Positions 23,600-35,870 of a stretch of 58,112 bases of DNA are shown here, in pieces. Under the pieces are notes generated by a model. That model was not told the DNA's origin. It did no database searches and saw only the letters and a program-made list of their open reading frames with translations. The DNA comes from Carcharhinus longimanus. Its lineage: Eukaryota. A program made the position numbers and the translations under genes. The number at the start of each line of letters is the position of its first letter. Position 1 is the first letter of the stretch. Location of the stretch: NCBI GenBank assembly GCA_030264375.1, contig JASCQW010000032.1, forward strand, positions 41,312,306 through 41,370,417. The letters are read 5' to 3'.

Positions 23600-25990
23600 G
23601 CAAGCATGCATGAGAATGGTGGTGGACAATTAAACAGCTCACTGGAGGAGGAGGTTCCGCAATAATGGAGGAGTCCAAAACATCTGTGCAAAAGGTGAGG
23701 CTGAAGTATTCGCAGCAATCTTCAGCCAGAAATGTCAAGTAGATGATCCATCTCGGCCGCCTCCAATGGGCTCCAGCCAATTCGATTCACTCCACGTGAT
23801 ATCAACAAACGGTTGGTGGCACTGGATACTGCAAAGGCAATGTGCCCTGATAACATTCTGGCAATAGCACTGAAAACTTGTGCTTCAGAACTTGCTGCTC
23901 CCCTAGCCAAGTTATTCTAGTACAGTTACAACACTGGCATCTACCCAAAATTGCCTAGATGTGTCCTGTACACAAAAAGCAGGACAAATCCAACCTGGTC
24001 AGTTACCACCCAATCAGTCTAGTCTTGATTGTAAAAGTGATGGAAGGGGTCATCAACAATGCTAAAAAGCAGCACCTGCTCAGCAATAACCTACTCAGTG
24101 ACACCAGGGTCACTCTGCTCCTGATGTCGTTACAGCTTTGGTTCAAGCCTGGACATAAGAGCTGAATTCCATAGGTGAGATGAGAGTGACAGCCCTTGAC
24201 ATCAAGGTTGCAGTCAACTGAGTGTGGCATCAAGAAGCACTAGCACAACTGGAATCAGGGGGGCAAACTCTCTGTGGTTGAAATCATACCNNNNNNNNNN
24301 AAGATGGCTCTGGTTGGGGGGGTGGGGGTGTGTGTGTGAGTCCTCTCAGCTCCAGGACATCTCTGCTGGAGTCCCTCAGGGTAGTGTCCTAGGCTCAACA
24401 ATCTTCAGCTGCTTCATCAATGACCTTCCCTCCATCATAAGGTCAGAAGTGGGGATGTGCAATCATCAGCGAACAATGTTCAGCACCATTCGCGACGACT
24501 CCAATACTGAAGCAGTCTGTGTTCAAATGCACAGATCTGGACCATATCCAGGCTTGGGCTGACAAGTAGCAAGTTACATTTGTGCCACACAAATGCCAGA
24601 CAATGACCATCACCAATAAGAAACATTTGAACCATCTCCCCTTGGTATTCAATGGTGATGTAACCATCACTGAATCCCCTTTTGTCAACATCCTTGGGGT
24701 TACCATTGACCAGAAACTCAACTGGACTCATCACATAAACACAGTGACTGCAAGAGCAGGTCAGAAGCGAGTAACTCACCTGACTCCCCAGAGCTTACTC
24801 ACAATCTACAAGGAACAAGTCAGGAGTGTGATGGTATACTCCCCNNNNNNNNNNNNNNNNNNNNNNNNNNNNNNNNNNNNNNNNNNNNNNNNNNNNNNNN
24901 NNNNNNNNNNNNNNNNNNNNNNNNNNNNNNNNNNNNNNNNNNNNNNNNNNNNNNNNNNNNNNNNNNNNNNNNNNNNNNNNNNNNNNNNNNNNNNNNNNNN
25001 NNNNNNNNNNNNNNNNNNNNNNNNNNNNNNNNNNNNNNNNNNNNNNNNNNNNNNNNNNNNNNNNNNNNNNNNNNNNNNNNNNNNNNNNNNNNNNNNNNNN
25101 NNNNNNNNNNNNNNNNNNNNNNNNNNNNNNNNNNNNNNNNNNNNNNNNNNNNNNNNNNNNNNNNNNNNNNNNNNNNNNNNNNNNNNNNNNNNNNNNNNNN
25201 NNNNNNNNNNNNNNNNNNNNNNNNNNNNNNNNNNNNNNNNNNNNNNNNNNNNNNNNNNNNNNNNNNNNNNNNNNNNNNNNNNNNNNNNNNNNNNNNNNNN
25301 NNNNNNNNNNNNNNNNNNNNNNNNNNNNNNNNNNNNNNNNNNNNNNNNNNNNNNNNNNNNNNNNNNNNNNNNNNNNNNNNNNNNNNNNNNNNNNNNNNNN
25401 NNNNNNNNNNNNNNNNNNNNNNNNNNNNNNNNNNNNNNNNNNNNNNNNNNNNNNNNNNGCAACTCACTCCCTGACTCCCAAAGCCTGTTCACCATCTACA
25501 GGGCACAATAGAATATTGTCCCCTTGCTTGGATGAATGCAGCTCCACCAACACTCGAGAGGCTTGGCACCATCTGGGAGAAAGCAACCTGCATTTTTGGC
25601 ACCTTTTTTATTGGCACCTCATTCACAAACATTCACTCACTCCACCATAGATGCACAGTAGCAACAATGTATACCATCTATCAGATGCACTTCAGGAACT
25701 CACCAAGGTTCTTTTTACAGCACCTTCCAAAGCCATGACCATGACCATCTAGAAGGACAAGGGCAGCAGCTGCATGGGAACACAGCCACTTGGAAGTTCC
25801 CCTCTAAGCCACTCACTATCCTGCCTTGGAAATATGTCACCTTCCTTCACTGTTGCTGGATCAAAATCCTGGCACTCACTCTCTAACAGGATGTACCTAC
25901 AACACATGGACTGTCAGCTCACCACCACCTCCTCAAAGGCAATTAGGGATGGGCAATAAATGTTGGCTTAGCCAACAATGAATTAAAAAA
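23600..25990 (+). mobile_element. CR1/L2-supergroup LINE, RT-containing and decayed
   Basis: CPVHKKQDKSNLVSYHPISL, GVPQGSVLGSTIFSCFINDLP, ILGVTIDQKLNW; tail GGCAATTAGGGATGGGCAATAAATG...AAAAAA. Confidence 0.88.
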
Positions 25991-26855
25991 GTCTGTTCGA
26001 TATGTTCCTTTTTCACTAAAGCTGACTATAACAGACAGTTTAGCACGGTCTCAGCCCCAGAACAGCCTTTTCAATATGCACCCAACAAGGTGGCCTCAGC
26101 CACAGTACAGTCTCTGACTCCTCTTGGACAGTCTTATAATCTTGCCCCAGGATAGTCGTTCACTACTCTACATTATTTCTTGATGTCCCCACCGCCCCAG
26201 ACCGTTCTTTGTCTTCCACCTTCCCTTCCATATTCCTCCACTCACCCCTAGTCCTGTCCCTGTCTTCCACTTTCCCTCCCATGTTCCATCACCTCCCTCC
26301 CCAAGTCCTATCTGTCTTCCTCTTCCCTCCTGTATTCTGCCATTCCCCACCATGGTCCAGCCTATGTCTTGACTTTCTTCCCTCTTTTGCCCAGCCATCG
26401 TGCAGGTTGTGATACAAGTAGCTGAAATCTTCCAGCAACACTCTTAAAGATACACAAAAACACTGTATGTACCTCAAAGTAATTGATGAATTGAACCTTG
26501 CGAGGTGCATGCCACTTTTATACAGTCGGAATATAGACCGTTCCAAACATCTGCTGGCAGAGTATTTAATTTGGAAGGGAACATGACTCTGGCAAGTTTG
26601 CATTTCAATGAGCATTCAGAAAATGCAAATTAAGGTAAACATGGTTCTCGACATAGATCGGTGGGAAACTTGACTCACCTTTAACCTGTCATTAAATCCA
26701 CGAGAACAAAATTTCAAAAAAATTTCCTGCCAACAGGAAACTGATTTTTTTCCATCACACCAAATTTTATGTCTCTGCTTGCTACGTTTCCTGCCACTGG
26801 TGGAAGCAGAAAATTCCAACCAAAATTCATGTTTCAAGTCAATGACTTTTCGTCA

Positions 26856-27200
26856 AACTATAGACCGGTTAGTAATATCTATCATTGGGAAAATTAGAAT
26901 CCATTGTTAGAGAAACAGTCACAGAATTTTTAAAAAAATCAAAATAAAATCTGGCAGGGTAAACATGAATTTATGGAAGAGAAATTGTGTTTAGCAAATT
27001 TGCCTGCGTATTTTGAGAATGTGACAAGGGGTAGATAAAGGGGAACAACTAAATGTACTATGATTTCTAAAAGACATTTGATAATGCACTATGTACATGT
27101 TCGCTGACAAGATAATATTTCAGGTTGTTGGAGATATATTGGATAGAGGGTCAGCTAACTACAGGAAATAGGTTCAGGATAAATGAGTTATCTTCAGAAA
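26856..27200 (+). mobile_element. CR1 ORF2 fragment, right part
   Basis: Resumes at AACTATAGACCGGTTAG (NYRPVS); later GATTTCTAAAAGACATTTGATAA (DF-KAFD-like). Confidence 0.7.
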
Positions 27201-27744
27201 GGCAAACCAATAATTAAATAAATAAGTAAATAAAACATATTCAGAACCACTCTTAAATATTTTCTTTGTTTTCAAGTAAACGTTGCATTGTAAGGCTCAT
27301 AAAATCATTTTGCCATTTCCTTATCCTGAAGAAATAATAGCCTGTATGATTCTGCAGCTGAAAATGTCAATCGTCTACTCCATAATATTTGTTCTGCTTC
27401 AAATCTATCTGTTGCTGAAGCCCTCATACTTAGACTGAATTTTTAGGCACCGACGAGGAAGAGCAAAACCTGCTTCTTGACACAAATTTGACAGCGTGCC
27501 CACCCTCTGTTCACAAATTTGCCAGTTGGAAAAACAACAACCAGGTCATTGTTCTGCACCAGAATTGGCTACTGATCCCTATTTGACCCTGACATTAGCT
27601 CAGCATCAGAAGCCCAGAGGGAAAATCCTTTGTCATAATTTTGTGACCTCCACATGGGCTGCTTCAATGATCTTCGGGCTGGTGTCTCAGCCTGCACCCA
27701 CCTGAAACATCGGTTCATCCAAACCTTTTCTGCTTGAATTAGAT

Positions 27745-27885
27745 AAAAGCAAAATTCTGCGGATGCTGGAATCTGAAACAAAAAAAGAATTCTGACGAAG
27801 GGTTAGCTAGACTTGAAACATTGACTCTACTCCCCACAGATGCTGTCAGACCTGCTGAGATTGTGTAGATTTTCTGTTTTTGCTG
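27745..27885 (+). mobile_element. Penelope-derived terminal element with hammerhead-like motif
   Basis: AAAAGCAAAATTCTGCGGATGCTGGAATCTGAAAC...CTGACGA...GAAAC...CCACAGATGCTGTCAGACCTGCTGAG. Confidence 0.7.
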
Positions 27886-28314
27886 CCTGAATCAGATCCT
27901 GCATTAATTAGCACTCACTAATGGTGCCTGCGCTTGCTGACCTACAATAGCTTCCAGTTATTCAATTTTTCAGATCTTAAATTCTCAGCAGTTTAAATCC
28001 TGTCATAGTGTCATCCTCCCTACCACTGTAAACTTCTTGAGCCTTACAACCCTCCAGAACCCTCTGTTCCTCTGATTTTGTTCCCTCGTCCATCCCATCT
28101 TGCTCTCTCCCCATGCCCCCTCCAATTTTCATCCTACTGCTGGAAATGTGCCTTCATCTGACTCAGCTATATGCCCCAGAATTTTTCTGCTTCTCACTCA
28201 TCCTTTAAGACTATCCTTAAAACCTACCACACCTGCCATACTTCTACTTATGTGAAATATCTGATGTAGCAACCATTTTGACTGAAAGAGAAGTGTCTTG
28301 GAATATTTTGCTGC

Positions 28315-28675
28315 ATTTGATTTTTGATTTTATTTTGATTTATTATTGTCACATGTATTGGTATACAGTGAAAAGTATTGTTTCTTGCGCGCTATACAGA
28401 CAAAGCATGCCATTCACTGAGAAGGAAGGAGAGAGTGTAGAATGTAGTGTTACAGTCATAGCTAGGATGTAGAGAAAGATCAACTTGATGCAAGGTAGGT
28501 CCATTCAAAATTCAGCAGGGAAGAAGTTGTTTTTGAGTCAGTTGGTACATGACCTCAGACTTCTGTATCGTTTTCCTGACGAAAGAAGGTGGAAGAATGT
28601 CCAGGGTGCGTGGGGTCCTTAATTATGCTGGCTGTTTTTGAGGCAGCAGAAAGTGTCGAGAGCATCAATGGATGA
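28315..28675 (-). mobile_element. Rex1/Babar LINE 3' end
   Basis: (TTTGA)n tail; reverse strand encodes SIIKDPTHPGH..FHLLSSGKRYRSL; paralogous to 54005-54580. Confidence 0.8.
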
Positions 28676-28755
28676 ATATCAATGCAAGTGTTGATGGTGT
28701 TGTTAGAGTTTTGTCGCCTGGTCTACTTATGCTGTTTTTATTTTCTACCCACTAG

Positions 28756-28863
28756 ATTATCAGGCCTGTCACCATGGTGCCTAATATCCCTGGAATTCCA
28801 GGTCCTCCAGTCAGCAACATTGAACCTCCCTCCCCACAATCTCTGCAGTCAGAAGCCAAACTG
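28756..28863 (+). CDS. ATF2: ATF2 internal coding exon (108 nt, phase 0/0)
   Basis: cccactag|ATT...CTG|gtaaaa; IIRPVTMVPNIPGIPGPPVSNIEPPSPQSLQSEAKL. Confidence 0.93.
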
Positions 28864-29789
28864 GTAAAAAGAAAATAATATGTAAATGTTTAACTTGTGT
28901 CCTAGTACTTTTATTAATCTACCTTTTTCGAGTTCTTAAATTTAAAATCAAGCATGCAACAAAAAAAAGCACATGGATACTCAGGAAAAATATGAGCAAG
29001 AATTCAGCAATTTTAATCCCCTTTGCAATTGGATCCTATTTTTATGACTGTTAATAGAAAGTTATTGGTCACTTTTTTAATTATTTGATAATTTTTTTTT
29101 ATTTTAATCCAGTTCCATGGTCTTCCTCATGAATTGTTAGCCTGTGTATGAAAGCCTTGTTGAAAGTAAATTTGGGCAAAGGGAATTTTCCAGTCAACCT
29201 TCAGTCTCCTGTTGGTGGGTTGGGGACGTATCAACTACCTAGAAGTAAGCACTTCCCAGAGGGAAACTGGTTGTCAGTGCTCCTGACAGGTCTATAGGCT
29301 GTCCATACCTGCCTGAGTGGAGATACACCCAACACCACCTCGTATGTAGGTTTACCTCCTCCCATCCTTTCACTGTGGTGCCCTTGCTGCTTTTTGTGTT
29401 TTTTGTTTTTTTTTAATGTGGCTGTGAGCACACCTTCTTGTTGAGGTGCTCATCCAGCTACTTAGCATAGACTGTAGTTGGATGTTGCTCTGAAGCTGGA
29501 AGACTTCTGGCTCTTCAGCTTTGAGAACTCACTTTTAGCCCTTATTTGGACTGGGACCCCTTCTCCTTGCCAATTAAGGATTCATCCATATGAAAATCTT
29601 AATTAATTAGTTTTCCTCCCATCAAATGGTTTTCTGATCCATAATCAAGCTTACATTGCCTGCCTCCGTCGTGAACATTCTACCCTATGATTCAATGACT
29701 TGTGCTTAACAAAGCTACATTTCTGATCAGCTCATAATTGTTTAAGTACTCAGATACTTTGTACCTAGCGACAGATTCTAGTAACTTTC

Positions 29790-30500
29790 CCACAGCTGAC
29801 AGGCCTGTGATCACTCTCCCAGATGCCTTAAAAAAAAATGGAGTGATATTGGCACATTTGTAATCCAACGTTACATTTTCTGAACCAAGAGAGCTTTGAA
29901 AGAATTAGTACTAAAGCTCCTCCAATTCCTTCACCTTTTAATACCTTGGGTAGAAACCATCAAGTCCTAGAGATTTACCTATTGTGAATTCCATTAATTT
30001 TCTCCATTTCTATTTTGTGACTTACATTGAAGCTAATAAGTTCTTCTGTTCTTTCTCTCCTATTACTGTTTTTTTTATATCCTCTTTCTTTGCTATAAAA
30101 ATGGATACAAAGTTCTTGTTTAATAAATACATACATACAATTAGAGGCAAGAGTATGCCACTCAGCCCCCTTGAGCCTGCTCTGCCATTCAGTAAAATCA
30201 TGACCATTTTGATTGTAACTTCAACCCCACATTCCTACCTAACCCCAATGACGTTTCACCCATTTTTAATCAAAATCTGCACATCTTTATACTTAAGCCT
30301 GTCTTTAATGAAGCAATTGTTGCCCTCAACCACTTTCTTACTATTTTCATAGAACTGTTACCTTAATATTTCTTGCAAGTTTATTTTTCATATTTTCTTT
30401 TTGCAGCTGTTAGTATTTTCTTTACATATTTTTCTCAGTCCACTGGATTTGTACTTTTCTTGACATTAATGTGAGGCATAAATTAACGACTGTTTTTTGC
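29790..30500 (-). mobile_element. Old CR1 fragment with nested CR1 3' end (~30130-30280)
   Basis: Decayed ORF2 motifs; CAGCCCCTTGAGCCTGCTCTGCCATTC tail. Confidence 0.6.
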
Positions 30501-30981
30501 CAATATGGTTTTATACTATATCTTACCTTATATGTTGCTTTCAGGGAGCACTTTTTTTCTGTAGTGACTGAGCAGTGTGCTGTGAATACTAACTAACCTG
30601 GAGATGATTTCTGTTTTTCACAATTTGGGTTTGGTAGCTCATCATCTACTGCTGCTGTGTCTCCTCCCCACCGCAACCCCCCGCCCCCAAACAGCTATGG
30701 GGCTTCTTGTTCTTCTCTTCCAGAACACAAAGAATAAATGATTTTTGTTCCTTTTCTCATGCTTGTTCTTCAGTGATGACTCCCCAGCCAGCTAGAGTAT
30801 CAGCCTCTCAGCATTCATTAACCATGACAAGCCTTAAGAATGTTAAATGTTTCAATGAGATCACCTTTCATTCTTCTAAACTCCAAAGGATATAGGCCTT
30901 GTCTTCTTAATCTCTCCCTATTGGACAAACCTCTCATCCTAGGAACCTGACTGGTAAATCTATATTACACTGCATCTAAGG

Positions 30982-32001
30982 CAATGGTTCCTAAGCTTTA
31001 TTAGTTGTTTATCTCCCTCTAGATTTACTGACTTTTTGTGTAGCCCTATAGGCAGCTTATTTTCAATAAGCCCTCTAATAACTTCATGAAGTCATGTAAT
31101 ACAATGGATAGGACCCTGCCTTTGAATCAGATGTTGCGGGTTCGAGACCCACCTTAGGATTTCGTGACCAAGGAATGTGCATTCGTAGCCTGGCAAAACA
31201 GATTGAATGCCAACCTGCAAATCCTTCCAAACAGCAATGGCAGGCAGTAGGAGAGACTTCTGGACAACCATGTGACGGAATGAACGTTGGAGTATCAGTC
31301 CTAAATTACAACATGTAAAACTGCACGCATCCAAAGTAACTTAGATTCTCTGAGAGATCTTAAACACCTCCACCACTAATGAACATGCATTTAAATTGTT
31401 ATAATTATGCATATATGCTTTAAACATATGCCTATAATGATTTGCACTTGAAGCCCCTCTTCCCAAACTCTTCCCCCCTCACTTGCTGAGTAGCCCCTTT
31501 TCCCAGCCTCTCGCTCACTCGCTCACTCATTCACTCACGCACACAGCAGTCCCTTTCCCAAACTCCTCTCCCACTCATTCAACAGCCTCTCTTCCCAAAC
31601 CCATCCCCACTCTCACAGCAGCCCCTTTTCCTAAACGCCGCTGACCACTCACTCACTCAGTAGCTCTTCTTCCCAAAATCCCTCTGTCTCCCCACTGACT
31701 TCTTTTATATCATTATGAAGAAGCTCCATCAGGGTAATGGCCTCAATCGAGAAGCCATGTGCACCCAACATTTCACTAATATGCATACGGATCAAGCAAC
31801 TGCCTCTTCCAGTGTTTGGGCCAGCAATTGCTACTTCCGCAGCACTGTTACGTCAGTGCTCAGGCTCATATGATGCCATCCATCTTCCTGCTGCTTGCTG
31901 TTCCATCAATCACAAGTTAACTCTTCCAAGCTTTATGCCAAGAGGCATAACTGCACATTTGCCTAGCTCTCATTAGGTACACTTTGGTTTGAAAACCCCT
32001 A
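30982..32001. mobile_element. hAT-like non-autonomous element inside a minus-strand CR1 (30820-30981 and 32150-32500)
   Basis: Ends CAATGGTTCCTAAGCTT ... TTTGAAAACCCCTAG resemble Charlie-type TIRs; internal ~60 bp tandem units (CCCCTCTTCCCAAAC); nested tRNA-like head GGTTCGAGACCC near 31140. Confidence 0.5.
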
Positions 32002-33100
32002 GACTGTGGTGATGGTGAGGTGAGATTGGGAAAAAGTTTTCACCCCTGAAAATCTTCCATTACGCAATTAGAGAAGCAATTCCCAATGCAGCGATACATA
32101 TCCTTGGAATAAGACAGATGTCTCTGGGGGGGGCTCATTTTCTTCTAAAGCAAGTACATCTTTCCTCAGATAATGAGACCACAACTCTAAGTAATACTCC
32201 AGATATGGGTTCACCAATGTTTTATATAATTGTAATAAGACTTCTTTACTCTTGTTCTCTAATCCTTTTGTAATAAAGGAAAGAATGTCTTCCTACTTGT
32301 GTACTTGCATGTCAAGTTTCTATACAAGTATTCCCAGATTTCAGTGTTATTGATTAAAAATTCTGTTTTTCTTTCAAAATGCATAAATTCATATTTCTGC
32401 ACCTTGTATTTCATCCACCATATTCGTGCCAAATCGCTTAATCTGTTTGAATCCTTCTGCAGCCTCCTTAAATTCTCAGTTTTCTTTTCCACCTAACATT
32501 GCATCTAAAGCAAATACATGTTCCTTTTCACTACACCCTCACTCCCATACCTACTTGGATAACCTCTTGCACTATAGTGCCATGGTCAGTTTGCTCACCC
32601 ATCTTGCAGATTTTTGCCCTCATCCACAGAAGTGACAAAACCCTGGTAATTAGTAGATAAGGACATTATATCACATTGTTGAGATTTGGATCTTATACTA
32701 AATCCTAGAGTAAGAAAACTCTTGTTGGAGAATAACCATATTGGCAAAAAACAGTCATTAATTTATAATGCAAATTAACAAGGTTTATCAGACAATAAAA
32801 ATTAATATAACATTTCAGTTGAAGCATGGGAAGTTCAACAAATGTCAGTCTGTCTTTCCCGTGGATTCTGGATTTTTCTCCTGGCTTCTTGAACCTGGTC
32901 CCTAGACTCGTGATGTCGAGATTTTTGCTTAGCCAACTTAACTCACACACATAAACCCCTTTGCAGCTTTAAGATTTTAACTGTAGTGGATCTTTTATCA
33001 ACCCACAGTTGCAGTCTACTGCAACAGCTGAAGTTACACATTTCACAGCGGTCTATTGTGATTTATTTTTCTGGTAGAAAAAGCTTTCTAACAAACACTA

Positions 33101-33670
33101 TGTTATGATCTGGCAGGTAATTGCTTTGCAAACCAAATTCCAAAGGGAAACATGACAAGCTTATCACAACTCTTCTATTTGTATTTTGACCAAGAGAACA
33201 TAAGTATATTGAAGTCAGAAATCACAAATTCCAGTAACATTTTTGGGAATTTTAAATGTTAAAACAGATGTTAACAAAACAAACCTTAAACACAAGATTA
33301 CATTTGCAAAGTTGAAATAGTCTTCCAGAATATTCTCCCAGAAGGACTTCCTACTTGGTTAGACTCACAAATAAATATCCCTTTGGCAATAATCTTTTAT
33401 ATAGATATTTAATCTATAAAATCTAATACTATTACAATAAGGCAAATATACTGTTGCTCGGGGGAAAGTATATCACCTAGCATCTCACACACTCCCACTT
33501 TGCTGTGGAAATGTAAGAAACATTTGAAACAAAACCCTGCTTTCTGAAAAACAGACACATTTTTGGGATAGATAGAAAACAGACTCACTTTGCCTCTTTG
33601 CTATTCTTTTCCCAACACAGTCCAGTACTCTAGGAGGTCTTACATGACCACTCCCTACATTGCTGTCACA
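33101..33670. mobile_element. Possible solo-LTR-like insert
   Basis: Begins TGTTATGA and ends TGTCACA, like 36550-37802; no clear TSD. Confidence 0.3.
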
Positions 33671-33809
33671 TCTCTCCCTGAGTACTTTTACCCTCTTTCA
33701 GTACTAAGACCTGAGGTCAGCGTTCAGGCCCAAGTCCACGCTGAAAGGCCGACCAGGTAAGCAACAACGGCCTCCTCCACCCCACCCCAAACATACTCGT
33801 AGAACCAAC

Positions 33810-34332
33810 CTGTCCCCCCCCCAGCTTTTATACTCGATGCCCCGGCTGATGAAGGCAAGCTTGCCATATGCTTTCTTCATCTTTTCCACTTGTGCTGCCA
33901 CTTTTAAGGATCAGTGGACCTGTACTCCCTCATCTGTGTCTTTATTCCTGATGGTTTTGCCATTTATTTTATAGTTCCCACCTGAATTGGATCTACCAAA
34001 ATGCATCACCTTGCATTTGTCCGGATTAAACTCCATCTGCCATTTCTCCACCCAGTTTTCCAGCCTATCTATGTCCTGCTGTATTCTTTGACAGTCTTCA
34101 TCACTGTCCGCAACTCCGCCAATCTTAGTATCATCCGCAGACTTGCTAATCAGACCAGCTACGTTTTCTTCGAAGTTATTTAAATATATTACAAACATCA
34201 GAGGTCCCAGCACTGATCCCTACGGAACGCCATTAGTTACAGACCTCCATTCAGAAAAACATCCTTCCGCTACTACCTCTGTCTTCTATGGCCAAGCCAG
34301 TTCTGAATCCATCTAGCTAGTTCACCCCTGAT
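33810..34332 (-). mobile_element. CR1 reverse-transcriptase fragment
   Basis: Minus ORF LGPLMFVIYLNNFEENVAGLISKSADDTKIGG...WQMEFNPDKCKVMHFG. Confidence 0.92.
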
Positions 34333-34339
34333 AAGAATG

Positions 34340-35870
34340 TAAACATAGAAGATAAGAACTAGGAGCAGGAACAAGCCATCTGGCCCCTCAAGCCTGCACC
34401 ATCATTCAGTAAGATCATAGTTGATCTTGCAAACCAACTTTTTGTGATTCTTGCACAAGGACATCCAGATCCCTCTATACATAAGAATGCTACAATTTTT
34501 TATCATTTAAATAATCGTCCGTTTTGCTGTTATTCCTNNNNNNNNNNNNNNNNNNNNNNNNNNNNNNNNNNNNNNNNNNNNNNNNNNNNNNNNNNNNNNN
34601 NNNNNNNNNNNNNNNNNNNNNNNNNNNNNNNNNNNNNNNNNNNNNNNNNNNNNNNATCTTAGTGTCATCTGCAAACTTTGACACACTATAGTTGGTCCCC
34701 AATTCCAAATCATTTATGTAAATTGTAAACATTTGTGGTCCCAACACTGATCCTAAGACACACCACTAGTCACTGATTGCCAATCAGAAAAACACCCATT
34801 TAACCCCACTCTTTGCTTTCTGTTAGCTAACCAATCCTCTATCAATGCTAATACATTACACGTACTGCCGGATACCTTTCTCTTATGCAGCAGCCTTTTG
34901 TCCGACATTTTGTTGAATGCCTCCTAGAAATCCAGATACACCGTATCCACTGGTTCCCTGTTGTCCACTGCGCTCATAATGTCCTGAAAGAATACTAGTA
35001 GATTAGCTAAACATAACCTGCTTTTCATGAACCCATGCTGCATCTGCCCAATGGGATAATTTCTATCCAGGTGTCTCGCTATTTCTTCCCTGATGATAGA
35101 TACAAGCATTTTCTCCACTACAGAGATTAAGCTAACCGGCCTATAGCTACCCGCCTTTTATCTATCTCCTTTTTTTTAAACGGTGGTGTCACATTTGCTG
35201 TTTTCCAATCTGCTGGAACTGCCCCAGAGCGTATCAAATTTTGGTAAATTACCATGTGTGCATTTGCTATCTCCCATACCATCTCTCTTAGTACCCTGGG
35301 ATGCATTCCATCAGGGGCAGGAAACTTGTCTACTTTTAGCCCTATTAATTTGCCCAACACTACCTCTTTAGTTTCTAGGTCCTCACCTGCCATAGCCTCC
35401 TTGTCATTAATTTTTGGTATGTTATTTGTGTCTTCCACTATGAAGACCAATACAAATTCAATGCATTGGCCATTTCTTCACTTCCCATTCTTAAATCCTC
35501 CCTTTCATCTCTAAAGGACCAATGTTTACTTGAGCAACTCTATCGTTTTTTTATGTTTGTAAAAACTTTTGCTTTCTGTTTTTATATTCTGAGATAGCTT
35601 TTTTTCGTGGCTCTCTGTTGACCTTTAAAGATTTCCTAATCCTCTAGTTTCCCACTAATCTTTGCCACTTTGTATGAATTATTTTTCAATTTGATACCCT
35701 CCTTTATTTCCTTAGATATCCATGGCTGATTATCCCTTTTTCTACAGTCCTTCCTTTTCATTGGTATATACTTTTGCTATGCATTGTGAAAAATTGCTTT
35801 GTAAGTCCTCCATTGTTCCACCATAAAGTCTTTGCTCTTGGTCTACCTTAGCCAACTCCTCCCTCATCAT
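34340..35870 (-). mobile_element. CR1 LINE, internally deleted RT-containing copy
   Basis: Minus ORFs [13 protein letters not shown]...[23 protein letters not shown]...VYLDF, PDGMHPRVLRE...DWKTANVTP. Confidence 0.92.

Larger units (their letters stand above)
22889..26821 (+). mobile_element. Non-autonomous PIF/Harbinger element with Myb/SANT-like relic, interrupted by a LINE
   Basis: Imperfect TIRs GGACCAAATTTT / AAAATTCCAACC; flanking 3-mers AGA/AAA; the flanks rejoin into one Penelope-derived end. Confidence 0.6.

Noticed and set aside
24582-25511. Longest ORFs in the track (309, 229 and 215 aa)
   Set aside because: Mostly X from an assembly gap; the real residues are LINE ORF2
31095-31165. 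Possible tRNA gene (GGTTCGAGACCC)
   Set aside because: No convincing acceptor stem or Pol III terminator; reads as a SINE head, like the other tRNA-like sequences here
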